Assembly: GCA_047495785.1 (NCBI GenBank)
Contig: JBLDXI010000046.1
Location: 310,001-374,000, forward strand
Length of the DNA: 64,000 nucleotides
Source of the DNA: Lepidodermella squamata
Taxonomy: Eukaryota; Animalia; Gastrotricha
Direction: 5' to 3'
Shown here: positions 1 through 11,920 of the stretch, piece after piece
Position numbering within the stretch: position 1 is the stretch's first letter
How the letters are laid out: the number at the start of each line of letters is the position of its first letter
Position numbers and translations under genes: made by a program
The notes under the pieces: generated by a model
What the model saw: only the letters and a program-made list of their open reading frames with translations
The model's database searches: none
Told to the model about the DNA's origin: nothing

Positions 1-411
1 TATAGCCGGCGAAATTTGTTGTGTTATGCGAACAATGGCGACATAGGAAAATGTTCTAAACGCCATTTATGTTTGAATAATATCTTGAGTGCAATGTGAA
101 AGATAGAGGCAGATATAAACGTCATCGGTAATTCGCCGGATGCTCAATTTAATAACGGCTAATTTAATTATCATGAAAAGAATTATTGCGACCTAATGCT
201 CTTCTTCATTCACATCGTAGATTGACCGGTCAATCCAGGGTGAGTTCGGTACCTTACAGCTGGATGGGGCATCATAATCATACTCATACTCATTTTTATT
301 TGCAAATCGTAATAAACAGTTAGCAAGTGGTCAGCAGTATGTGATTTCGAGGCGCCTCGCCGCAGATGTTACATGTTTATCAAATAGAGCAGAATTATGT
401 TTAATTTAATA

Positions 412-1341
412 CATGTCTGAAATAAAATCCGCCTTCGCTCCAATTTCAGACAGTGCGTCCTGCTCAATGATGGATTAATTTCAGGCAGGCCGATTTTTTG
501 ATGTCCTGCCTTCCTGACTTCAAAAATCGGCCTGCCTGAAATTAATCCATCATTGTGTCGGACACGCTGTCTTAGAGCCCAAAACATCTCGAAAAAAGTT
601 TATTTTACCCAGATGTTATGACAAGAAGCAGCTGATGCGATTAGTGATAAATGAAAAGTGGGGTTTTGACAATTATTTTCGCGCGAAAAGGAATTTTGGC
701 AAATTAAGAATCAAATCACAAATCAATAGGGTATACGAAATTCAGCCCATAAGGGAAATAAGCTCATAGCCCTCAATGCAGTTAAAATGAGTACCGCAGA
801 ATTTCAAAAAAATCGATAATAATCAATAAATCAAAATTTACCGGCGCAAAATAAGGCTGATAAATTTTCCCAAAATTGTTGAAATCAGGCAAATAATACT
901 GCGAAATTAAGAAATGATTGATTTGCGCAAAATAAGGCCTATCGATTTTGCTGAGAACGAACGCGTGAAAAAAAGAGAAACTTACTTCAGTTGTAAATCT
1001 TGGTCACTTTCAATGACCTGACAACGCTCCATGTTTAACGAAATTTGAATGCCAAAATGTGAGAAAAATAGCTAGTAGCATTCGAAATTAATAAACGCCA
1101 AATGAGATGACTAGTAAAGTCAAGCGCGGGCTTTTCATTATCACTCGACCGACATGCCGCCTGCTTAACTTTGTCTTAATTAGACCACTCGGACATGGTG
1201 ATTGAAAACATGGAAACAATCGGCGGTGACCACTTTTAAAATAAGCCGGTATCATTTTGGGAGGGCCCTTTCTTGGACACGTCCAAAAATACAATCTCTG
1301 AAATTGATCTGTCCTGCTCAGCGGATTTTATTTCAGACACG
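412..1341. mobile_element. Non-autonomous DNA transposon (Tc1/mariner-type MITE)
   Basis: Terminal inverted repeats catgtctgaaataaaatccgc (412-432) and gcggattttatttcagacacg (1321-1341), 1 mismatch; flanked by TA on both sides; no coding capacity. Confidence 0.7.
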
Positions 1342-1350
1342 TATTAAAAA

Positions 1351-1464
1351 GTACAACGCCTGAGATCCAGTTTCATCCAGCTGGCGGATTTTAGAGCGCA
1401 ACGGCCTTCGGCCTAGCGCCCTAAAATCCGCCAGCTGTCTAAAACCAGATCTAAGGCGTTATAC
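1351..1464. repeat. ~115-bp imperfect palindrome centred on ggcc-ttc-ggcc
   Basis: cagctggcggattttagagcgc pairs with gcgccctaaaatccgccagctg; outer arms gtacaacgcctgagatc / gatctaaggcgttatac. Confidence 0.75.
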
Positions 1465-1740
1465 TTAATATAGTTGCAGAACGCTTGATGAGAATTATTT
1501 ACGACAACAGAAGACAGACGGTTCCACGCAGCACGAACACGCCTAGAGAAGCAGAATTTATAGCTTTGGTTATTTCTACACGCGCTCATCTTCACAGAGT
1601 GAGGAGGTAGGCGAGGATTCCGGCAGATTTCGAAGAAATCAGAGAAACCAATGTCAACTAATCCCTGATAAATTTTATGCGTCAAGATCAAATCATGTTG
1701 GAGGCGGCGAACTTCAAGCATCGGTTCTCACGAATGGATT
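1413..1740 (-). mobile_element. 3' fragment of a CR1/L2-like LINE ORF2
   Basis: LEVRRLQHDLILTHKIYQGLVD...FCFSRRVRAAWNRLS matches the typical C-terminal segment of CR1-clade reverse transcriptases. Confidence 0.75.
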
Positions 1741-2374
1741 TCAATCTATACCGCATAATTGGCAACTGAAGCTCACTATACCTTGATTCACATCTTGTAA
1801 CTGGAAAAGGTTCTTCGGCCGATGAGGTTTGCCTGGAAATAGTCTAGTGAAGATAGTCATCATTAGACTCTGAGCGTGAACGGAAAAAGCAGATGGTTCA
1901 TTCCAAAATTCACCAGGAAGAAACACCTGTTTTTGATGATGAGGACCTGGAGTCTCTGCTGCTGTAGGGAGAATTGACGCTCGACTCGCTGCCGGTTTCA
2001 CATGTTGCGATTACGCAATGAGCAGTATCAAAGATGGCGGGGGGACGGGGCGACCCTTATCCTATTTTCCCTGGCCCGTGCGGAAACTTGAGCGATATAA
2101 GGGGGAACCCTTACCTATATCCCCCTTTCGGCAAAATGTCCATCTTCTACACTGGCAATGAGTGTGTCATTGTTAAAATTTGGGGGCATTAAACGGGGCG
2201 ACATTTTACATTTTGGGGCGACAAGATTTACACGCACCCAATAAAACCGAAGGAAAATCGATTTTATCTAAATAACGCCAAAGCAATAGGACAAATTAAT
2301 CTTTATTTGTACCAAACTGCGATAACTCATCTCATCTTATGGTATTAGCCCTTCATTCTCACCGCTAGCACGGC

Positions 2375-2763
2375 TCAATTGATGTGGTACCAGCTCCTGG
2401 CCATATACGTCTGGGGCCCATTACCATTATTATAGCAATCTTTCAGCAGGTAGCACAAACGCAGGGGGCCGGGGGAATACACGAACGTGAAAGCAGAACA
2501 GGCATGTTCTATTACGCAGTAAAATCTGCAGTCTATTTCATCCATCTCATAATCTGAGCCCTTTACAAGCTCGACTTGATTGGATGGCTTCTTGGTCAAG
2601 TCTGTAGTTGTTCGACAATCGCCCACGGCTGCTTTGTAAGCTTCACAAATCAATAATCGCATTTAATAACATGGCCATATTTCCCGATGGAAAATAACTA
2701 ACCTGCCGAGCAAACGCCAACTACGAACACCAGAGCAAAGGCAACTGCGAGCTTGTTAGACAT
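2375..2763 (-). CDS. Small secreted PAN/apple-like protein, copy 1 (108 aa; exons 2763-2703, 2640-2375)
   Basis: Exon 1 encodes signal peptide MSNKLAVAFALVFVVGVCSA; 62-nt GT-AG intron; mature region has 6 Cys in PAN spacing (C...CxxxC-x5-C...CYLLxxC); upstream TATAAA and downstream AATAAA on the minus strand. Confidence 0.85.
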
Positions 2764-3299
2764 GGGTTGAGTTTATGAAGAAAACAAATATCAAATTTGA
2801 AGAATGTTTTATCAAAAATTACGCAATTAGTGCAATAATTTATAGGCTTTTCATGTACGAAAACTCTTGCGCTAACTAACAACAGAGAAAACGCAAAACA
2901 TGCATGATGCAGCTGAAGCAATGAGAGCTGGGCGGTACGTGGCAAATCATGCTTGGCGCTTAAGGAAGAGGCTTTGCCAATTTCAGTGAATTTTACTGGC
3001 TGAATACTTTCTCACGTGTACTACTCCCCCGATCTTCAGTATAAAACATCGCAGCTGATGCAACAGGCGCTATAGCCGGCGAAATTTGTTGTGTTATGCG
3101 AACAAAGGCTATATAGGAATATGTTCTAAACGCCATTTATGTTTGAATTATATCTTGAGTGCAATGTTAAAGATAGAGGCAAATATAGAAATCATCGGTA
3201 ATTAGCCGGTTGCTCAAGCGAGCTTAATTATCATGTAAAGAATTAATGCGACCAAATGCCCTTTTTCATTCATATCGTACAGTATAGATTATAGATTAA

Positions 3300-3480
3300 A
3301 TTCGTAGGTCGTCGCAAGACGGTATTCACGAGCGTGGTGGCATTTCAGTCTGGTTTATATGTGCAGAGAACTTTGCAGACCACTTCAGTCAAGCGATCAG
3401 CTGATTGCAACAGGACTAGATTGAATGGATTCTCGTTCAAGTTTGTATATGTTCGACAATCGCCTGCCACTGCTCTTTAA
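3300..3480 (-). pseudogene. Decayed PAN-family exon 2
   Basis: RAVAGDCRTYTNLNENPFNLV...VCKVLC is homologous to the intact copies but has a frameshift and stops; no signal exon seen. Confidence 0.7.
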
Positions 3481-3734
3481 CCCGAATTTCAAAAGCGCGT
3501 TAATTTTGAATAAAACCGAGCGAACCGACCAACAGCGGCAGCGACAGCGCGGTGGTTAAGCCTTACACTTATGTACTAGGTACATGCTAAAAGCTACAAA
3601 TCGATCTAGAAAACAGTAAGCATAACTTGCCTGAAAGAATCCAGCTTACAGTTAACATGAGACGTAGGTACGTAGCTACGTCTCATGACAGTTAAGATTC
3701 AAGCTGCAACGCCTTAAGTGTATTACCTAGTGGT

Positions 3735-6270
3735 AAGTGCAGAAAAAAGGACATGGTATGTGACTTTGAGGTGCGATGAAGTAAAATAGCGCCAAACCAA
3801 AATTGACCAATAATCAATCTTTATTTTTATCAATCTCCAATAAGGCTAAGCGAGCGATCTACCATTTGAGCTGCCCCTTGTGTCTAAATTAACATTAAAA
3901 AAGCTATTCTATAATCTAAAGAAATAACGTAAAACTAGCAGTAAGTTTGAAAAAAGCTAGCGGCATCTGGGAGACTCGAACCCCCACACTGCGATTAATT
4001 TGTACCAAACTTATAAAATTTCTCCATTATCCTAAAAAATCAGATCAATCCATGTTAGGGGCCTTCTAAGACTCTGACGGCTGGCTGATGGTGTCGCGTG
4101 TTTTAGCTCGTAAGAAAAAACATCACTTGCATCAATATCTAGCCATATTCACTTTGAGCCTACCAATAACCAACATTATTTCCGGTTGAAGTTGACCTTA
4201 AAACCAAGTTGACGCTCCTGAGTCGGACGTCCGGAAGTAGTACAGTTGGCCTTGAAGTTGACGACTTCGTGGTCGACTGTGAATTTGACATGTGGCTTAT
4301 ATTTCTTCGCTTTTTTCGGCGCCGGTCCATCGGTTGCAGTCACGGCCGAGGCAATGCTCCAAACGCCATTTATGCTTGAATTAAATCTTGAGTGCAATGT
4401 GAAAGATAGCGGCAAATGGTATACAAGCAACTGTTTTCCTTGACAAATTTTCTCACAAGAGTTCTATTGCGCTTAGCGAAGGGGGTTAATTAACAGAGTG
4501 GAAGGGGGGTACGCAAGTTGAGCGAGAAGTGGGGCAATGTCGAATTGAAAAATCGACGGGGACTGGTGTTCGTCGTGGCCGGCGGAAGGCGCCCGTCGTA
4601 TTTTCAATTGAATAAAATCGATTTCCATTCGATGTTAATTGAATTTCAATGTAATCTTCTCAGGGATGGTCTGATTTCCATTCGACTGGCCTATAAAGAT
4701 TAAAGATGTTAAACAAGAAGCTCCCGCCGTCCCTTCTCGGGATGCTGCCATTTTAAAGTCAAAATCGAATAATAAATAGTTGCGAAAAAACGGGGAAATT
4801 GACAGGGCGTTGATCGAGTAAATCGTTAAGTATTGATAGCCTCTTTCATATGCTAGATCAGACCCTATCGACTATGGAAAATCGGCTAATAATTCCAATA
4901 ATTCAGAATAACTCGAACGAATGAAATCCGGGATTTTACTTGTGTTTTCCTATTAGACTGACTGTTTATTCGAGCGAGGTTTTTTCAAAAACGGACGGCT
5001 TTACGTTGTATGCAAAATCGCAGGGTTCAGCTTCAATAATTTGAGAAAAACTAGCTTTCTGGCAGGGTATCGAACTCTGGCCTCCAGTATGATGCGGGGA
5101 TACAAATAAATCGCAGTGTGGGGGCTTGAGTCTCCCAGATGCCGCTAGCTTTTTTCAAACTTACTATTAGTTTTACGTTATTTCTTTAGATTATAGAATA
5201 GCTTTGTTAATGTTAATGTTAATTTAGACACAAGGGGCAGCTCAAATAGTAGATCGCTCGCTTAGCCTTATTGGAGATTGATAAAAATAAAGATTGATTA
5301 TTGGTCAGTTTTGGTTTGGCGCTATTTTACTTCATCCAGGGTATAATACCGACCGGTTTTTTTGTTGAAAAAACCACCCACCGGTATAAACCGGTTTAAA
5401 CCGGTGAAAAAAACCGGTTTTTATATATATATGCTAAAATCACTGAAATGTCTTATTTGACCTAGCCAGAGCTCGTTAGCATTTGGTCTAATAGAGATTT
5501 GGACTGCACCACGTGATTCTACGTGAAAAACTGCATAGCTTGATATATCACACGGCCATTTTTCTCACCCGGAAGAAAATTATTTTTTTAGTGCAATAAA
5601 GCAATATAAGAAACTAAAAAACGCAGTTATCTCCGGAAGTATGATGACTAGTTAAATTCTGAAAACGGATTCGGATCCACCGTGAAAAGTTACCTCACCG
5701 CGGTTTCTAAGGGGGGTTTCAAAGTCAAAGGAAGCGGTTTTGCCGGTTTTATTTGAAAATTTCAACTTGAAAGGTCTAAAACCGCCTAATTATACCCTAC
5801 CGAAAGTAAAACTGATTTCGCGATAGTTTCCTTACTATTTTAGCTATCGTCATGAAAATTTGGTATCCAAGGTAGAATTTGCCGCTGAACACGATGGTGA
5901 CTTCGAATCACCCGCATCAGGTATCGATTATCGATTATCGATTATTGGTAACTGATCGAGTGATCGTTTTTTTTAAATTTAGCCCAATCGATTTTATGTG
6001 ATACAGTGTAGTCTTTCTAAAGTATTGCAGCTGTGCGGTATTGCTCCTGGGGACATAATGACTCTTAGGCGACTTCTGGCTTGCTGTTATCTATGTAAAT
6101 TTGAGCTTTTTTGCGTGAAAACACCCCAAAAACCGCGGTTTTTTCAGGCCCTAAAAAACCGGTATAAACTGGTACCGGTTTAAACCTGTTTATACTGGTT
6201 GGGGTTTAAACCGAATACCCTGACTTCATCGCACCTCAAAGTCACCGATCATGTGCTTTTTTCTGCACTT
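3735..6270. repeat. Inverted segmental duplication: ~3735-4004 versus 5101-5336 plus 6231-6270
   Basis: About 270 bp are near-identical in reverse complement; the right arm is interrupted by the hAT insertion. Confidence 0.85.
5337..6222. mobile_element. Non-autonomous hAT-family transposon
   Basis: 8-bp target-site duplication acttcatc (5329-5336, 6223-6230); short TIR CAGGGTAT...ATACCCTG; subterminal (a)accggt repeats at both ends; the empty site is visible in the inverted copy at ~3770. Confidence 0.9.
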
Positions 6271-7140
6271 CTTTCTGGGGCGGGTGCCAGAACGACGGCT
6301 GCCTTCCGCCGGCCACGACGAACATCAGTACTTGGATGTGGGAGCTGGGGTGTTGCGACACCCCAGAACCCCTGTACTTCGCACCCTGTCTGATGGGAAA
6401 TCGAAATTGTCGAGAAATCAAAATTGCCCTTCGCGGGTCAATGGGACTTCGCCATGCAGTTCGGCGTTATTTGAGGCGGTTATCTTAAATTCTTGAGCCA
6501 GATTCCCAAAGTAGATAATGCACGGACGAAAGCTCATGTTCTCCAGCAACCGCTCGTCTAACAGCCCGCTGATCGAAGGCATTGAACACGTCCTTTGTCC
6601 TAAGGTTAGGTGTTTGGTGCCAATTGACGCGATAACATCGTCAGATTTTCGCTGGAAATTAGAGTGTTTAGCCCGAAAAAAGTCTATAGTTGTCTCCATG
6701 GCGATCGGTCGGGAGAAAGCTGCAATAGGCTATCGAAAGTTTTTTCTTTGAAACGGTAATCGCCGCCTTAAATGGAGGTCGTTGGTATTTATGTTGAGTA
6801 ATTCTTCACATTCCTCGCTGCAATTGTAATTCCCGAGCATGAAGCGATTGGCGATGAGAGACATCGATTATAGGCAAGCCATAGAATAGTTAATTCGTTG
6901 AAAGAACATTCCCAATGATTTACTTTTTATGGAGAGTATACTCTCCATTGGGGATAGTTTACTCTCAATATTGGATCGAAGGGAAAGCGATTTTATTTAG
7001 TAATCAAACTAACGCTAAAGCAAATTGGACCAATGATCTTTATTTTTATCAATCTCCGACAAGGCTCACTACTCATCTCATCTTATGGCATTAGCCCTTC
7101 ATTCTCACCGCTTCTGCTGAGTGGAGTTCTCCAGGCTCCA

Positions 7141-7509
7141 CTACATGACCCAGCTCGAGGCGTCACTCACCGCGGGCCGATTAGCGCAGCTATTCAACAT
7201 GTAGCACCTTTGCAAGGGTTTCACAGCGGATTTCGCGAGCGTGATGGCCTTACAGCCTTGTTGAAATATGCAGAGAGTATGACAGACCACTTCAAGCATG
7301 CGATCACCACCATCCATGTGGACTAGATTGGAAGGATTCACGTTCAAGTCTGTAGATGCTCGACAATCGCCTGCCACTGCGCTGTAACCTTCATAAATCA
7401 AGAATCGCATTTAATAACATTGGCTGTATTTCCCGATAAAAAGTAACCTACCTGAGCAAACGCCAACGAAGAACACGAGAGAAAAGGCAACTGCGAGCTT
7501 GTTAGACAT
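7141..7509 (-). CDS. Small secreted PAN/apple-like protein, copy 2 (101 aa; exons 7509-7452, 7388-7141)
   Basis: Signal MSNKLAVAFSLVFFVGVCS, 63-nt GT-AG intron, and the same 6-Cys frame as copy 1. Confidence 0.85.
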
Positions 7510-8048
7510 GGTCTGAGTTTGCGAAGACTACGAATATCGAAGTTGAAAAATGTTTTATCAAAAAAGTAGGCGATTAGCGCCATAATTTATAGGCTTTTAT
7601 TGTCCGAAAACTCTTGCACTAACTAACAACAGACAAAACGGCGATTATGCGAGATGCAGCTGAAGCAATGAGAGTTGGGCGGTCGTGGCAAACATGCTTG
7701 CCGCGTAAGGGAGAAGTTTTGCCAATTTTAATATTTCACTTGGTGAGCTAATTTCTCGATTGTTTTACTTGGCCGATCTCCAGTAAAAAACATCGCAGCT
7801 GATGCAATAGGCGCTATATAGCCGGCGAAATTTGTGAAGTTAAGCAAACAAAGGCGACGTTGCCAAAATGTTTTAACGCCTTTTATTGCTTGAATTATAT
7901 GTCAAGTGCAATGTGAAAGATAGAGACAAATAGGCAAACGTCATCGGGTAATTGGCCGGATGCCCCAGTTAATTTAATTATCATGAAATGAAATCATGCG
8001 AGCAAATTCCCTTTTATATATATATCGGAGAGCCTACATCACCGAAAT

Positions 8049-8343
8049 ATGTTCGAAATCAGGTTGATCTTATAGCTCACAGCAACTCTTGCCTTATGCC
8101 AAGGCTACGCTAGTTCCAACGACACAGCGAAACGGCAAATGAAGCCATTCAGAGACGCTGTCGTTACTAGTAATGACCGGGTGCGAACTAAGGGACAACA
8201 TGATGTGTAAAGCTGCTCAAGAAATGGTTGTTCAAATCGTCAACGAACGGCGGGACATTCTACCCAACTGCCATATCGAACTTGATTTTCGTAACGAAGG
8301 TCCTTCCGGTGGACTCTCAGTACAAGAAACCATGGCTTTTACC
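8049..8343 (+). pseudogene. 5' fragment of the class C GPCR gene
   Basis: Near-identical to 11921-12220 but with an in-frame stop and indels; homology ends abruptly at ~8343. Confidence 0.85.
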
Positions 8344-8404
8344 CATATATAGATGCTCATGTAAGTGATAGAGACTCGAAACGCCGACACTGCGATTAAT
8401 TTTT

Positions 8405-8452
8405 TATCCCCGCGTCATACTTGAGGCCAGAGTTCGATACCCTGACAGGGAG
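8405..8452 (+). pseudogene. Decayed tRNA-Asp-like 3' portion (second copy on minus strand at ~5060-5102)
   Basis: tatccccgc..gtca..gaggccagagttcgataccctgacagggag aligns by eye with the metazoan tRNA-Asp(GTC) 3' two-thirds, including the B box; the 5' arm is missing. Confidence 0.5.
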
Positions 8453-8511
8453 CTAGTTTGTTTTGCAAAATACTGAAGCTGAACCCTGCGATTTTGCCTG
8501 CAACGTAAAGC

Positions 8512-8580
8512 CGTCCGATGTGGTCTTGAACTCATGAACCTGGGATCAAGAGTCCCACGCATCAGATATAAATTAGCTAT
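8512..8580 (-). pseudogene. Decayed tRNA-Lys(CTT)-like sequence
   Basis: Minus strand has anticodon arm TGGGA-CT-CTT-GA-TCCCA followed by ggttcatgagttcaagaccacatcggacgg; the D arm is degenerate. Confidence 0.55.
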
Positions 8581-8965
8581 TCATTTCAACAACTTTTTTA
8601 AAATTCCCGTCTAGATATCTTCCAGCTTCTTGATTTGCAACTTTTTCCTGAGGTCAATTGCTGATCTATTAATCTCATCTTAATTGCCCTAAATCTGTTT
8701 TAATCATTTCATTAATTAATTATTTATGATCATTCTTATAAAATCGCTTCACATTATTAGCTTGGTAAAATCGTGATTTACTGGAACTTTGTGGTATTTG
8801 TTAACGATTGGGAAGTTATTTCTCCATTTTTGAAAAATCCCCGCTGGAATAAACTGTCAGCCTAATTACTCGACCAACGCCGTGTCAATATTCCCGTTTT
8901 TTCACAGCTATTAATTATTCGATTTAGACTCTAACTGGCCATGCCTGAGAACTGAGAAGATAATA

Positions 8966-9297
8966 CATTGTGTGACCAAGTCCAATCCAATGCGCACGCT
9001 GATTGGTCAATCGATCGTTGCTATGACTCCCGGATGAAACGTTCTGTCGTGCGATCCATAACATTTTTTGCAACAAGTGTTTTTTGCCGCAGCAATTTAC
9101 CACAATTAATATGGAGTTTACGCTCGTGGTCAATGGAAACCGGGCAGAGGGTGTGGCAAGGTCATTTTTTTCATAAATATAAAATAATTTATTAGTGGAT
9201 CGCACGACGAAAATGTTTCATTCCGGAGTCATTAGCAACGATAAATTGACCAATCAGCGTGCGCGCGAAGGTTCAACTTACCAGTGGTTCCACAATG
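8966..9297. mobile_element. MITE with ~90-bp imperfect TIRs (partial related copy at ~35060-35171)
   Basis: gcgcacgctgattggtcaat...gtcgtgcgatcca mirrors tggatcgcacgac...attgaccaatcagcgtgcgc; TA flanks. Confidence 0.75.
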
Positions 9298-9399
9298 TAA
9301 TAATTAGATTCAATCGATTTTTCCTCTTGTTGTTACTTGTTGTTTTGTAGGCTATGCTTTGATGGCATTTTCTTATTTATTTCGCCGTTCGCCGCGGAG

Positions 9400-9633
9400 A
9401 TATTATTTTAAGGTGCTGTGGGGGTCATTAGCTCGATTAGATTGGGTGGATTTATGTTCACGTTTGTATTGTTTGCAGGTACTCGACAATCGCCTGTCAC
9501 TGCTATGTAACTTTCACAAATGTAAAATCGCATTTAAAAACACGGTTATATTTCCAATGAACAATAGCTTACCTGCCGAGCAAATGCCAGCCACGAACGT
9601 CAGAGCTAAGACGATGGCGAGCTTGTTAGACAT
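9400..9633 (-). pseudogene. PAN-family pseudogene
   Basis: Intact signal exon (MSNKLAIVLALTFVAGICSA), but the paralogous acceptor AG reads AA and exon 2 is truncated after ...INPPNLIELM. Confidence 0.8.
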
Positions 9634-10419
9634 GGCTTGAGTTTTATGACGAAAACGAATATCGAATTGGAAGAATAAAAAATTAAGCGATCAGCGCAAT
9701 AATTTATAGTCGCTTCTTGTACGAAAACTCTTGCACTAACTAAGGACAGAGAAAACTGAAAACATGCGTGGTGCAGCTGAAGCAATGAGAGCTGGGCGGT
9801 ACGTGACATAACATGTTTGCCGCTTCAGGGAAAATATCGAAAAGTTCTGCCAATTTCAATGAATTTTACTGGGTGAATACTTCTCACTTGTTCTACAGTC
9901 TGGTTTATACAGTGTATATGAAGAGAAGTGCCTCGCAAATTTTTTCACCAGCGGCATTTTTGGCGGCCGGAAAGCCTTTGCTTTGGTTGCAACAATCAGC
10001 TCCAACATTGGCAATGCATTTTCATCGGCCCCAAATTTTGTTTAAGCCATACAAGCAACTGTTTTTCTTGAGAAATTATCTTTCGCGAGAGTTCTATTGC
10101 GCTTAACGAAGGAGTTAATTAACAGAGGCCTTTATAAGCAGATCGATTCCACAGGCCCCAAAAGTGAACTTCAACTACCTAAACAGAAGCGACTCCTTCC
10201 TAAGCGGCACTAATGGTACTTCTTAAGCGATCCTTATAGCCCACCACAGTTCTGACCGCGAATGATAACCCTGCATAGCTACCGGGGTCTTTAATTCAAT
10301 TAACGTACATAATTTGTTTTGCCGCTCCTCTTTACTAATCGAAATATATGAGGAAAAATGCTCAAAACTGGGAATGGATCCAGCAATACAGAGGTTGCCG
10401 AAAAAGCCGAGTTTGCGGA

Positions 10420-10522
10420 GCACTAGTGCAGAGAAATTTGCAGACGGCTTCAGTTAAAGCGATCAGCTTAATGCAGCTGGACTAGATTGGATGGATTCAC
10501 TTTCAAGTCTGTAGATGCTCGA
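10420..10522 (-). pseudogene. Decayed PAN-family exon 2 fragment
   Basis: RASTDLKVNPSNLVQLH* followed by frameshifted VCKFLC. Confidence 0.65.
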
Positions 10523-10833
10523 CTAAGGTGTGACAGCGCGGTGGTTAAGCTAAACACTTATGTACCAGGTACATGCTGGGTACATATTCATCTGGCATAA
10601 TTGTAAGAATAACTTACCTGAAAGACTTCAGCTTACAGGAAAGATTCAAGCTGCAACACCTTAAAAGCACATGATGGGCGACTTTGATTTCAATTCAATA
10701 AAGTAAAATAACGCCAAAGCAAAATTGACCAATAATTAATCTTTATTTTTACCAATCTCCAATAAGGTTCACTACTCATCTCATCTTATGGCATAAGCCC
10801 TCCATTCTGCTGGTTGAGGTTCATCAGGCTCGC

Positions 10834-11203
10834 CTACTTGACCCAGCTCGTGGCGCCATTCCCCGCGGGCCCGTTAGCGCAACTATTCAGCATGTAGCAC
10901 CTGCCCGCGGGTGTGACCAAGTCGGAATTCACGATCGTGATAGCATTACAATTTGCTTGAAATATGCAGAAAACTTGGCAGACGCTTGGATTCATGATCT
11001 TGCCCGTTAGCAGCTTGACTAGATTGGATGGATTGACGTTCAAGTCTGTAGATGCTCGACAATCGCCTGCCACAGAACTGTAACCTTCACAAATCAAGAA
11101 TCGCATTTAATAGCATGGCTATATTTCCAATGAAAAATAACTTACCTGAGCAAACGCCAACGACGAACGCCAGAGCAAAGGCAACTGCGAGCTTGTTAGA
11201 CAT
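10834..11203 (-). CDS. Small secreted PAN/apple-like protein, copy 3 (102 aa; exons 11203-11146, 11084-10834)
   Basis: Signal MSNKLAVAFALAFVVGVCS, 61-nt GTAAG...AG intron, 6-Cys PAN frame. Confidence 0.85.
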
Positions 11204-11920
11204 GGCTTGAGTTTATGATGAAAACGAATATCAAATTTGAAGAATGAAAAATTAAGCGATTAGCGCCGTAATTTATAGGCGTTTCTTGTACGAAAACTCT
11301 TGCGTTAACTATCGACAGGCGAAACGGCAAACATGCGCGATGCAGCTGAAGCAATGAGAGCTTTGGGTACATGCCAAAAAATGCTTGAGGAATAAGAGGC
11401 TTTGCCAAGTTTAATGCTTGCCGCTTAAGGGAGAAGTTCTGCCAATTTTAATATGAATAATTTCTCAATTGTTTTACTTGGCCGATCTTCAGTTAAAAAC
11501 ATCGCAGCTGATGCAATAGGCGCGATAGCCGGCGAAATTTGTGGTGTTAAGCAAACAAAGGCGACATTGTCAAAAGGTTTAAACACCAATAATTGGTTGA
11601 ATTACATCTTGAGTGCAATGTGAAAGATAGAGGCAAATAGGCAAACGTCATCGGGTAATTGGCCGGATGCCCCAGCTAATTTAATTCATTTAATTCATGA
11701 AATTAATTCGTGCGACCAAATTCCTTCTTCATTCACATCGAATTTGTCGGCCCCTGAAGCCGATCGCTTGTCGTCAGCCGTCCCCTAAACCCTCACGGGT
11801 AAGGCCTTTTTTTCTACTCTCTAACATCACATGCCTACGGAGGACGAAAAATAAAACTGATTCATTTGGTCATTTGGTCATTCACATCGAACAGTATTGA
11901 ACAGCCTACATCATCAAAAT
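11204..11920. promoter_or_regulatory. Divergent intergenic spacer between PAN gene and GPCR; conserved TATA box and CAGCTG E-boxes
   Basis: Minus-strand TATAAA at 11272-11277 (~70 nt before the PAN ATG) is kept in the copies at ~2840, ~7587 and ~9703; two CAGCTG motifs are conserved in the copy 1-3 spacers; the spacer recurs at 1-220, 2764-3280, 7510-8040 and 9634-9900. Confidence 0.55.
11729..11891. mobile_element. Short insertion flanked by a 14-bp direct repeat (SINE/retroposon-like)
   Basis: tcattcacatcgaa at 11729-11742 and 11878-11891 with a tcatttgg-repeat tail; absent from the paralogous spacer at ~8020. Confidence 0.5.

Noticed and set aside
4176-4430. ORF with PKKAKK NLS-like motif, possible transposase remnant
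   Set aside because: Short, partly overlaps the repeated PAN spacer sequence, and has no convincing catalytic motif.
6251-6850. Overlapping short ORFs in a GC-richer patch
   Set aside because: No recognisable domain or splice structure; probably repeat-derived.
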